Shown piece by piece: positions 1 to 11,099 of a stretch of 64,000 nucleotides of DNA. Origin of the DNA: the human T2T-CHM13v2.0 reference genome, Homo sapiens; NCBI RefSeq assembly GCF_009914755.1, contig NC_060934.1; one strand, given 5' to 3'. Position 1 is the first letter of the stretch; the number at the start of each line of letters is the position of its first letter. Made by a program: the position numbers and the translations under genes. The notes beneath the pieces are model-generated. The model had not been told where the DNA came from. It did not search any database and saw nothing but the letters and a program-made list of their open reading frames with translations.

Positions 1-919
1 TTGACAAAATACATATTTCATGCAGACACACATGCACCTTATGCCACACAATGTAAATGTAAAGTAAGGTTTACTGGGGAAAGCTGATAGGTGGAGGGTC
101 CCAAAGGGCAGTGTATCTAGCTCTGTCATTGATGTCTCATGGGCAGGGACCCAGGAGAGGCAACTTGTCCCCTAAACCTCTCTATTTTTTAAAAAGTTGA
201 AAGGGGTTGCTTGATACATCTAGTCAAATAATAGAACACAATGAAAGTTCCCCAGTGAATAACTGGTCTCATTACAAACAGGGAATCTCTGGAGCTCACT
301 TGTTGATGTAAACATCAACTTTTGGGGCTGGCCAAGAGCTGCTGAGCTGAATAAACACCATGAAGATGGTGGAAACAAGCCTCTAGGGCTACTCAGATCT
401 ATCTCTACTCACACCAAATGAAAACAGGCATTTTTGGAGAAAAGTGAGGGATAACTTGTGTGGAAGTATTTGAAAATGAACTTTCACTTGATACATTGTG
501 TATTCTCTGTGGCTGAATTTGTTTACCAGAAGAAAGAAATCAATCTGTCACTGTGTCGTTCCAAATTAACACAAAATAAGACATTGCTCTTGCCTTCGAG
601 TGGTGGGAGTGATGAAAGCATGCTGTTCTTTCTAATGAGAAATGGCATGAGTTTAAATGTGTTCTAAATTTCTGGATAAATAAGCAATGTTTATATCTGA
701 GGAAATGCATAAAAAATAAATAAAACACTTTTCTCTGGGTACAATACATGGGTTTTTTGGTGCTTTCAGCTAAAATTTAGCAAAAATCCTACAAAACTCC
801 AGTTTAGTTCTTAAGAGTGCAATCATAGTCATTGTGTTAATAGGCCAGGCCTTTTGTAGCTGTTTTGTCCTACAAATAAATTTATGCTGTATTTTTGACT
901 TCTTGCCAATGGAAACTCA

Positions 920-1290
920 TAGCAGCTGGGAGAAGATGACAGAAAATAGCCCCTAAGCAGATAAGCAAGCCAATGATTTTTTCCATCTGACCACAAACAC
1001 TTGACGGAAGCGTTTATTAAATCTGGCAGGATGTAAAGCCTTTACTGGCTTTTATTGAAAGTTGCATGTAAAGTGAAATATTTGCAAACACAGATCCATT
1101 TTTTCATACCTGTGGTTCAACAAACTAGGCACCTCCTGTTTTGGTCCTGCCACATTAGTATCCTGGTGAAGAAAAGCAATTTTTTCCTAACTTTTATCTT
1201 CTGAAAGAGAATCTAATTAATTTGTGATTGCAGCATTCATCTTACAGATATATTATCTGTGTTGCTTCATGAGCTCAGCAGCTGTGACAA
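920..1290. promoter_or_regulatory. Candidate enhancer: GATA/RUNX/ETS/E-box motif cluster in non-repeat DNA
   Basis: AGATAA 959-964, CCAAT 970-974, CATCTG 984-989, ACCACA 990-995, CGGAAG 1005-1010, TGTGGTT 1111-1117, TTATCT 1194-1199 and 1253-1258, CAGCTG 923-928 and 1279-1284. Motifs only, no functional data. Confidence 0.3.
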
Positions 1291-2168
1291 TGGACCTGCC
1301 ATCCTGCTCAGTAATTGGAGCATCTCAGGAATACAAGGCCCAACAAAAACCCCATAACAAGTACTGTTTTGCTGGAAATATTCAGACAAATAAATTATTC
1401 CCCAACCTTTACCTGGATCTCTGATCACAGTGTCAACTTCTTGTCCCCTTGTGTCCTACTGTGCTCTTTTTTTCCCTTTTACAGATGTTGATTTGCAAAT
1501 AAACCATTTATAAAAGAGAGGGGGATAGAAAAAATGTGTACTGGAGCAAGTGCAAGAGAGTGTCCCTTAATGATTCCATTTGCTGAAGCTCAAGCTTTGA
1601 AAGTAACAATTACATAACAGATGGGACATGGCTGATTGTTGAAAAACTGACACTTAACCTATTTCATCAATAAGTGGTTTAGCAATAAACAAAAATAGTA
1701 ATGATGTGCTGTGGTAAATGCTATTGCTAATTGCTCTGCTCTAATTACCCAGATAGAGCCACAATAAATAATTCGGTGTCTTTATTTTTTTCTGAAACTT
1801 TTCCAGCTGCCCTCCCTCTAGAAATTGTCTTCTCCCTCATTCTTGTTTATAGAAGTCTTACCTATCTTCCAAGCAATAGAGTCTCAAGAAAGCCAGCAGA
1901 ATTCTCAATCCCTGAGATGCATTCATTGGCCTTTGGTGTCGTGTACACCCTGTGACTACCATCATCACATCAGAAAATACAGCTGGATGACTAATTCCTT
2001 ATCTTTCACGAGATCTGCTGTCTATTCATCTCCACCATGCTTTCTGCTCCAGAAGGCTAACTTGTACAAATTACAACCAGGAACTTTCATAAACCGTGCT
2101 TTTTGGAAATCTTTGATGAATTGGAAGCCATGCAGGAGATCAGAGAGAGAAAGGAGAATAAAGTCTGA

Positions 2169-2483
<315 letters not shown>

Positions 2484-2699
2484 TGATTTCCTCCATGGAT
2501 TGACCATGTTCCTTAACCTCCATATCAGAGCTTCTTTCAAGCTGGTCTCCTTATAAACAACTACCTAAATGGTTATACTAACTCTTCCTTCCCTTATCTC
2601 TTCAGCATAGTGGTTTCACAATCTGGGGCTCACTAGTTTCAACTGTGACTTTATTCCTTGTTATCCCACCACACTCAAATTTCTATAAATAACCCCTTT

Positions 2700-3250
2700 G
2701 AAAGTATTCATTTTGTATAACAAACTTCTCCCAAATTTAGTGACTTTATCAAAAGCTATTTTATTTTTTCTCATAATGTTTTGGGTTAGGAATTCTAGCA
2801 GAACATGGCTGGCCAATTCTTCTGCTCCATGTAGCATTGACCAGTGTTATTTGGTGACATTTAGCTGGAGGCTGGAGTGTCCAAGAAGGCTTCACTGCTA
2901 TCACTGGGACATTGGTAGGGACACCTGGAAAGCTGGTCTCAGGTTCTTCCTCTTTTCATGTAGCCTCAGGGCATCTCCACCTTGTCTTCCCAGCATAGTA
3001 GTCAGACTTCCACATGATGGATCTTACATGGCTTCAGGAGATCCTCTCTTTTTGGGCTTGAGTAGAGCAAGAGGGAAGTTGCTAGTCCTTTTAAAAACTA
3101 GGCTGGTATCTGGCTGTATTCATTTTCATTGCAACATAACAAATCCCATCATATTCACAAGTCCAATCACACTCAAGGGGATGAAGTTATACAGAATTTG
3201 TACACGAGGAGGCAGGAACCATGGGGGCCACCTTGGCAGTTTGATGATCA
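2700..3250 (-). mobile_element. MaLR LTR (MLT1G/H-like)
   Basis: TATAACAAACTTCTCCCAAATTTAGTGAC...GGTTAGGAATTC...TTCTGCTCCATG...CATGGGGGCCACCTTGG resembles a reverse-complemented MLT1 LTR. Confidence 0.75.
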
Positions 3251-3999
3251 GTCTTCCCATGGCCCCCAATCATTCATATCCTCCCAACATGAGAAATACA
3301 TTCACCCACCCCTCTCTAAAGATTCTCAGGAGTATTAGACCATTAGAGTGTCATCTCAACATTTCAGAACTCATCATCCAAGTGTGCTAAATCAGGTGAA
3401 GATGAAACTCCTAGATCTAATCCATTAAGTTTAGGTTCTAGGGAATATTTTCTCTCCATCTGTAGACCGGGGAAACTAAAGAAACAAGTTATCTTCCCCT
3501 AATACCTCAAACATGCAATTGCAAAACCAGTATAGGATACCTGTTATAGATATTCAAGCTCAAAGGGGGGAAAATGGAAAGTTAAAAGGAGTAACCAGTT
3601 CCTAGAAGTTTTGTAATACAGCTGAACAAATATTGATATTTTTCTTGACTAGGATTTAAAGATTAGGAAGAAACCTCTGGGTCTTGGGCTCTGCCCTCAG
3701 GGCTATTGTTCTCATTTTCTGAGTCATCCTTCCTTTTTCATGAAAAGTAGCAAGTGTTTGAAGCTAAATAGTTTCATCAACCTGTTTGCTGCCAATAGAA
3801 TTTAAATAGCCTGAAAGTCTCCTTTTGTTTCACATTCTCTTTGTCCCTTTCACTCAAGCTAGCAGTATTTCTGCTGAAAAAAAATTTCTCGAGAACATTA
3901 GGTATCTTTAATGGATTTTACTGGGTTTTACTCTTCTAGGCAAAAGATACATCCATGAATCTTTTAGGCCTTTCTAAGGATTTAGCTTTTGTTTGTAGA

Positions 4000-4578
4000 A
4001 CTGGTTGTAGCCTTTGGTTATAGAGTTATGCCTTCATTGTAGCATTTAAATCTATTTTCTGTTTATTATGATGTTTTGACATTATTAACCTTCCTGGCTG
4101 GGGAGAAACTTCTAGCCCCAGGGCTAGCTATTCAGAGACAGCAAAGGGCTCAGCTAGGATCATGTCTTCACTAAGCAAACTAACCAACCCAGAGCCAGGT
4201 TTCCTCTTCCTGGCCAGTACAATCCAGGAGGCAATATTCCTCTGCCTTCAACATCCGACGGCCAGGTATCAGGCAAGTTGGGATCCCTCTTATACCCCAA
4301 AGCTTACAGCACTTATTCAAACTAGCCAGTCCTACATTATTTACTCTTTCTCACTTTGCCTTTCCCACAGAAACCCCAATAGAGACTGGTGTAGACTTTC
4401 CCCTTGCTCCTGTCTTCTCCACCTGACCAAAACCTGGTGCTCCCCATGTACCCCTGCTTGGCATACAATAACCCCCTCTCTAGGACCAGTGAGTATAATA
4501 CACTTATGTTTTTCTGAGCCTCTCCTGTCTCCTCTCTGGTTGCACCTAATTGACCATCACCTAAAAGAACACAGAACA
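4000..4578 (+). mobile_element. ERV solo LTR (LTR47-like; family uncertain)
   Basis: GGGCTAGCTATTCAGAGACAGCAAAGG...GCAAACTAACCAACCCAGAGCC (CCAAT-like box), ends ...ACA, interrupts MLT1-int. Confidence 0.55.
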
Positions 4579-4851
4579 TTCAGCCTTTTTAAAATGCCAT
4601 CCTTTGGGCAATAATTTTCTCACTTTTTTTTTTTTTTTTACTTCTAACATTTTTGGTATCTAGAGAGCCTTAGAATTTTCAAAATGATCAAGCCCTGTTT
4701 TCTGTTTAACAATTATTTCTTCAATTTGTGCCTCTCCTCTCACATTTTACCATAAGCGGCAATAAAATAAACCAGGTAGAACTTTCAACACTTTACTTGG
4801 AAATCTCCTCAGCTATGTATTTAAATTTATCACTTTTGATTTCTACTCTCA

Positions 4852-5257
<406 letters not shown>

Positions 5258-5320
5258 GGAAATCCCATTTGCTGAGGAAAAATTCAAGCTGGGTGCAGAA
5301 ATTTGCCTAAGTAACGAGGA
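5258..5320 (+). mobile_element. THE1/MST internal-sequence fragment appended to the Alu tail
   Basis: GGAAATCCCATTTGCTGAGGAAAAATTCAAGCTGGGTGCAGAAATTTGCCTAAGTAACGAGGA closely matches recalled THE1-int AAATCCCATTTTCTGAGGAGAAATTCAAGCCGGCTGCAGAAATTTGCATAAGTAACGAGGA. Confidence 0.8.
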
Positions 5321-5440
5321 TTAGGAGTCTGTTCAAGGCAATTGAGAATTTCTCTCTGGCACCTGGATATTTGTCCAGCCTCTGCCCACTGCACACCTGC
5401 AAAGCTGCTGATGTACTTCAGGTATTTTGATATTAAAATC

Positions 5441-5878
5441 TGTATTAGTTTTCTATTGCTGTGTAACAAATTACTACAAATATAAAAGACTAAGCAACAC
5501 AAATATATCTTTCAGATCTGTAGGTCAGACATCCGGGCACAGAAGGGTGGTTCTCTGCTCAGAGTATCATAAGGCTGAAATCAACGTGTTGGCCAGGCTG
5601 AGGTCTCATTTGAGGCTCAAGATCCACTTCCAAGCATAATAGGAATTCTGAGGGTGTAGGACCAAATTTCCCGTTTTCTTGTTGATTACTCTTCAAGGGC
5701 TACTTGTAATAACTAGAGCCTCAGTTCTTTGCCACATGTTTCATACCATAAGCCTCTTGCCACTTCAAGGTTAGCAGGAGAATTTCTCGAATGTTTTGAG
5801 TCTCTTTCTTCATGAAAGACTCAGTCTCTTTTCTGAATTATCTGATTAGTTCAGGTTTCCCCGGGATATTTTCCCCAC
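5441..5878 (-). mobile_element. MaLR LTR (MLT1E/F-like), truncated at the LTR 5' end
   Basis: TGTATTAGTTTTCTATTGCTGTGTAACAAATTAC...AAGGCTGAAATCAACGTGTTGGCCAGG...TCTGATTAGTTCAGG. Confidence 0.8.
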
Positions 5879-6369
5879 ATGCAAAATATACTCACCCCTT
5901 ACCAAGAGCTTCAGAGGCTTATCCCCATCCTGGTATTGACTCAAAGTTCAGAATGTCATCATCCAAATTTAGGTCCAGGTAAACGAGGCTCTCAGAGTAC
6001 AGCTTAAAATAAGCTCCTCTTGATATGAAAAAATAACATGCTTTCTGCTCCCCACATGTCAATATTTACAATGGGGTAACAGAGATTGGATAATTACAAT
6101 AGACAAATCTATTTAAAAAGGGAGAAAGGCAGTTACTGATCCATAATAAGTCTAAAGCCCAGCCTAGGCATAATCTGGTTACCTCTTCTCCAGGGCATAG
6201 TCCTGCTCACTGGATATGATTCTCTGTGGCTTTTGTCTCCATCCTGTGAGTAGACCCCTTATAGCTGAGCAGACCTCTCGGCTTACTTGCCCATGGTATT
6301 CCAGGAGTACCTTCTTTTTGTTCTGTCTTTAAACCTTTCATTCTAAGTAATTAAAAAAAAAAATTATTG

Positions 6370-6661
6370 GGCTGGAAACGATGGCTCACGCCTGTAATCC
6401 CAGCACTTTAGGGGGCTGAGGAGGGTGGATCACCTGAGGTCAGGAGTTCAAGACCAGCTTGGCCAACATGGTAAAACCCTGTCTCTACCAAAAATACAAA
6501 AATTAACCAGGCATGGTGGTGCATGCCTGTAATCCCAGATACTCAGGAAGCTGAGGCAGCAGAGTCGCATGAACCGGGGAGGCAGAGGTTGCAGTGAGCT
6601 GAGACTGTACCACTGCAATCCAGACTGGGTGACAGAACAAGACTCCATCTCAAAAAAACAG
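6370..6661 (+). mobile_element. Alu (AluSx-like) with TSD
   Basis: Full-length Alu flanked on both sides by AAAAAAAAATTATTG. Confidence 0.95.
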
Positions 6662-6758
6662 AAAAAAAAATTATTGGCTTCCTTTTTGTCAAATTATACT
6701 TTACTCCCAAACCACACTCACAAATCTCTCAGATAGCATTTCCTATTCCTAGGGTCCC

Positions 6759-7711
6759 TGTTGCAGGAATTCAAGGACCCTGAATGGAGGGACTGGCAGA
6801 AGCCATGGCAGAAGAACATAAATTGTGAAGATTTCATGGACATTTATTAGTTCCCCAAATTAATACTTTTATAATTTCTTGTGCCTGTCTTTAATCTCTT
6901 AATCCCGTCATCTTCGTAAGCTAAGGATGAATAATGCCTCAGGACCCTGTGATGATTGTGTTAACTGCACAAATTGTTTGTAGAGCATGTGTGTTTAAAC
7001 AATATGAAATCTGGGCACCTTGAAAAAGAATAGGATAACAGCGATGTTCAGGGAACAAGGGAGATAACCTTAAAGTCTGGCTGCCTGTGGACTGGGCAGG
7101 ACAGAGCCATATTTCTCTTATTATTGAAAATGGGTAAGAGAAATATCGCTGAATTCTTTCCCCAGTAAGGAATATTAGTAATTAACAGCCCTGGGAAAAG
7201 AATGCATTCCCAGGGCAGGGCCTCTAAAATGGCCATTCTGGGGGTGTCTGCCTCATGCAGATGTAGATAGGGATGAAACATGCCCTAGTCTCCTGCAGCA
7301 CCCCCAGGCTTGCTAGGATTAGGAAATTCCAGCCTGGTGAATTCTAGTCAGACCGGTTCTCTGCTCTTGAACCCTAACAATGTGTGCACAGCAAGACATG
7401 GAAGTTCATTAGTGACTCTAGTTTCACCCTGACCTTCTGCTTTGTGATCTTTTGTGGCCCTTGAAGCATGTGATCTCTGTGACCCACACCCTATTTGTGC
7501 ACTCCCTCTCCTTTGAAAATTGCTAATAAAAACTTGTTGGTTTTACGGCTCAGGGGGCATCGGAACCTGCCGACATGTGATGTCTCCCCCAGACACCCAG
7601 CTTTAAAATTTCTCTCTTTGTACTCTTTCCCTTTATTTCTCAGACCAGCCTACACGTAGGGAAAATAGAAAAGAATCCATGATGAATTATCGGGGGTGGA
7701 TTCCCCCGATA
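6759..7711 (+). mobile_element. MER11 solo LTR (HERV-K11/HML-8)
   Basis: Starts TGTTGCAGGAATTCAAGGACCCTGAATGGAGGGAC...GAACATAAATTGTGAAGATTTCATGGAC, AATAAA 7525-7530, ends TTCCCCCGATA. Perfect 6-bp TSD GGTCCC (6753-6758 and 7712-7717). Confidence 0.95.
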
Positions 7712-7736
7712 GGTCCCTGTGAGGCTGATATGGAAT

Positions 7737-8173
7737 TGTATCAATTTTCTGGGGCTGCCATAGCAAAGTACCACAAACTGCGTGGCTTAGAAAACAGAAG
7801 TTTGCCTCACAGTTCTGGAGGTCAGAAACCCAAGATCAAGGTGTCAGCAGACTTAGTTCCTTACAAGGGCTGAGAGGAAGAGTCTGTTCCTTGCCTTTCC
7901 CTGGTTTCTGGTGGGCAACCTTTGGCTTCCTTGGCTTGTAGATGCCTCACCCCCATCACTACTCTGATGCTCACATGGTATTTTTCTTGTGTATTTACCT
8001 CCAAATTCCTCCTTTAATAAGGATGCTAATCAGAATGAATTGGGGCCTACCCTAATGATGTCATTATAACTTGGTGAAGCATTTATCTCAAAATAAAGTC
8101 ACATACTGAGGTACCAGGGGTTAAGACATCTACATATGAATTTGGGGGGAGGAATACAATTCAACCCATAACA
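7737..8173 (-). mobile_element. MLT1C-like solo LTR
   Basis: TGTATCAATTTTCTGGGGCTGCCATAGCAAAGTACCACAAACTG...AATAAAGTCACATACTGAGGTAC...ACAATTCAACCCATAACA. Confidence 0.85.
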
Positions 8174-8236
8174 GGGACATTTTGCATAATATTCTTAGAA
8201 GACCTCTTTTATAACTGATACCATCTTCAAGGCATA

Positions 8237-8912
8237 TAATATGGTTCAGATTTGTGTCCCCCTACAAATCTCAAGTCAAATTATAATACCCACTGTTGGA
8301 GGTGGGGCCTGGTGGGAAGTGATTGGATTATCAGGGCTGATTTCCCCATTTGATGCTGTTCTTGCGATAGAGTTCTCATGAGATCTGGTTTTTGTTGTTG
8401 TTGTTTAAGATGGAGTCTCACTCTGTCACCCAGGCTGGAGTGCAGTTGCACTGCAACCTCTGCTTCCTGGGTTCAAGCAATTCTCCTGCCTCAGCCTCCC
8501 GAGTAGCTGGGATTACAGGTGCCCACCACCACACCCGGCTAATTTTTGTATTTTTAGTAGAGACGGGTTTCACCATGTTGGCCAGGCTGGTCTCAAACTC
8601 CTGACCTCAGGTGATCTGTCCACCTCAGCTTCCCAAAGTGCTGGGATTACAGGTGTGAGCCACCATGCCTGGCTGAGTTCTGGTTGTTTAAAAGTGTGTG
8701 GTATCCCCACCTGGCAGTCCTCCTCTTGCTCTGGCCATGTAAGATGTTCCTGCTTCCTCTTCGCCTTCCACCATGATTGTAGGTTTCCTAAGACCTCCCC
8801 AGCCATGCTTCCTGTACAGCCTGCAGAACCACGAGCCAATTAAACTTCTTTTCTTCATAAATTGCCCAGTCTCAGGTATTTCTTTACAGCAGCGTGAAAA
8901 TGGATTAGTACA
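8237..8912 (+). mobile_element. MSTA solo LTR (split by an Alu)
   Basis: TAATATGGTTCAGATTTGTGTCCCC...GCTTCCTGTACAGCCTGCAGAACC...GGATTAGTACA, with 5-bp TSD GCATA (8232-8236 and 8913-8917). Confidence 0.9.
8391..8674 (-). mobile_element. Alu (AluSx-like) inside MSTA
   Basis: (TTG)n-type tail, TSD GAGATCTGGTT/GAGTTCTGGTT, small internal deletion in the right arm. Confidence 0.95.
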
Positions 8913-9518
8913 GCATATTCTGAATATTCTTAGAAAGCTGAACCTTTCTTAGGTCTTAATAAAGGTCTCTTAGCCATGCCTCTGACTTTCCTTTTACCCT
9001 GAGATCAAATTTTATTGAGCCGGATTTGAACTTTGCCTTGAGGCCAATCCTCCCTTGAGAACCTTTTGCAAGTTAGGAAGGCCATCCTGGGCTTTCTATA
9101 TTCTTTCTAAATTCTGGTGAAAAACTAAAAGTCCTTCTCTATCTCTTTTTTGTTGTATCTCTTTGCTCATAGGTAGCTAGAAAAAAGTGAGTTAAAACTT
9201 TCTGTATATCACCTAGAAAAAATTTTCCATCAACTTCAGAAGTATATGAAGCATCTTTTATATTTTCCATGTTGCCATAGGCAACAGTGTTGCTTCTGTC
9301 ACAACATAAAAATAGCCCTATTTTTTTTTCTCTAGCCTCCCATAACATTGTCCTTATGTTTTTCAAGCCTTTCCCAGCAGTCTCCATAAGGCCCTTCCAA
9401 CTTGCACTGAGTCTCTTTGAGTGTCTTCCAGCTCTCATTCTGCAACTTGTCTCAAAGCCAATGTCACATAGTCTTGTTTTCCTGTTAGAACAGCATCCCA
9501 TTTCCTGGTACCAAATTC

Positions 9519-9870
9519 TGCTCTTGTTGTTTGTTGCTGCATAACAATCTACCCACAGAATTAGTGGATGAAAATGACTGTGATGTTATGCCTTACAATT
9601 TTTTGTGTCAGGAATTAGCACAAGGTTGCCAATTCTTCTGCCTCATGTTACTTTACCCAGTGGTGTTAATCTGGTAGTGGGTCTGGTCTGGAAAACACAC
9701 TTTGGTGGGGATTACTGGAACCCTGGGCTAACTGACCCCTTCTTCCTTTCAGTGGAGTCTCAGGACATATCTATGTGGTCTTTCCTGAAGTCTAGTCTTA
9801 ATTCTTATATGGTGGCTTCAGGTTTGGATAGGCCAAGGTGGAAACTGCTAGTCATCTTAAAGGTATAATT
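9519..9870 (-). mobile_element. MaLR LTR (MLT1G/H-like), partial
   Basis: TTGCTGCATAACAATCTACCCACAGAATTAGTGG...CAGGAATT...TTCTTCTGCCTCATG...GGAAACTGCTAGTC, colinear with the LTR at 2700-3250. Confidence 0.7.
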
Positions 9871-10162
9871 TGGTTTCAGTGAAGTAAGAAAAAGAAATAT
9901 ATTGGTTTACACAAAAGAGCCAACATCCTACTATTTTTTTCTTGTTCCAGAACTATTTCAAAGTTCCAGTATCTATGTCATAACCTAATCTGAAATGGCC
10001 TTAATTTTCTTGATATCCCATAGAATTTAATGCTATTCCATGACATTGAGATGTATTTGGATCCTTGTAATAGATTTCATTACTGTCCCAAAGCTTTACT
10101 CCTTCCTTTATCTAAGCCTTTTGTCATGTTACTTTGGTTCCCTCCACAGTAGTGAACTATTT

Positions 10163-10532
10163 GGAGAAGAGACCAAGATGGCTGACTAGACACAGGTAGT
10201 ACGTGCCTCCAACATGGAGAAGAGCCAGAATAGTAAGTAGATACTCATACTCTGAACAGATCTTCTAAGAAAGAATGCTTGCATTCATCAGAGAAGAGAT
10301 AGGAAGTGCCAAATGTAAGTAAGGATAGGGTTCAAGGCAGTTTGTCTAGTCAGGAACCAACTGAGAGCTGAGAGGAGCTCCTGGATATGGAGAAATGGTA
10401 AAAGAGAAATCTCCAGAGCTCCAAAACAGGCTTTAACAATTTGGGTTATAGGATAAACCCTTGACCCACTAGGGCATTGGGCCTGACATATGGAGCTGCC
10501 AAGTATTTACAGATGGATATTGCTTCAGAAAG
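10163..10532 (+). mobile_element. Isolated 5'UTR fragment of an older L1 (L1PB/L1M1-type)
   Basis: GACCAAGATGGCTGACTAGA (YY1-type L1 start)...GAACAGATCTTCTAAGA...GCATTCATCAGAGAAG, cut off at an Alu. Confidence 0.6.
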
Positions 10533-10815
10533 GCACAATCTATGCTCACTGCAACCTCTACCTCCTGGGTTCAAGTGATTCTTGTGCCTCAGCCTCCCAA
10601 GTAGCTGGGATAACAGGCTTTGTGCTACCCTGCACCTGGCTAATTTTTATTTTTTTTCCTTCTCCTTTTTTTTTTTTTTTTTTTTTGGTATTTTTAGTAG
10701 AGATGGGGTTTTGCCATGCTGCCCAGGCTGGTCTCGAACTCTTGGCTCAGGCAATCTGCTTGCCTTGGCCTCGCAAACTGCTAGGATTACAGGCATGGGC
10801 TGCCATGCCCAGCCC
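10533..10815 (-). mobile_element. AluJ lacking its 3' end and tail
   Basis: GCTCACTGCAACCTC...expanded middle T-tract...CTCGAACTCTTGGCTCAGGCAATC...ATGCCCAGCC. Confidence 0.9.
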
Positions 10816-11099
10816 ATCTCAACTTTTTATGTGAAAGTATTTACAACCTATAATGGAGTCTAACACAGGTCTCACCTAAGATATGAAGAGATAAATGCCT
10901 TAAGTTGGTATGTAGGAAATGAAAGTTTAATGATAGGAACCATGCATGGCTTGTAGGTTATATACATTCATGAGTGAGATAATATTAAAAGTTAGCCCTA
11001 AATAATGTTTAGAAACTTTTTACGGAAGATCATTACAAGTGTAATATAAGGCATGGAAAAAGCTCAGATAATCACACTGCTTGGAAAGTGTAATGGAAA

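Larger units (their letters stand above)
5879..9518 (-). mobile_element. MLT1 internal sequence, copy 2 (hosts an Alu, MER11, MLT1C and MSTA)
   Basis: Starts ACATGCAAAATATACTCACCCC (again the int 3' end) and ends CAGCATCCCATTTCCTGGTACCAAATTC (int 5' end). Confidence 0.7.

Noticed and set aside
2698-3390. 230-aa ORF, the longest in the track
   Set aside because: Starts at TTG, lies antisense across an MLT1 LTR/int junction and has no recognisable domain; best read as a chance ORF.
9139-9544. Overlapping 120-aa and 85-aa ORFs as MaLR gag remnant
   Set aside because: Inside decayed MLT1-int with no motif I can recognise; the lengths are within chance.
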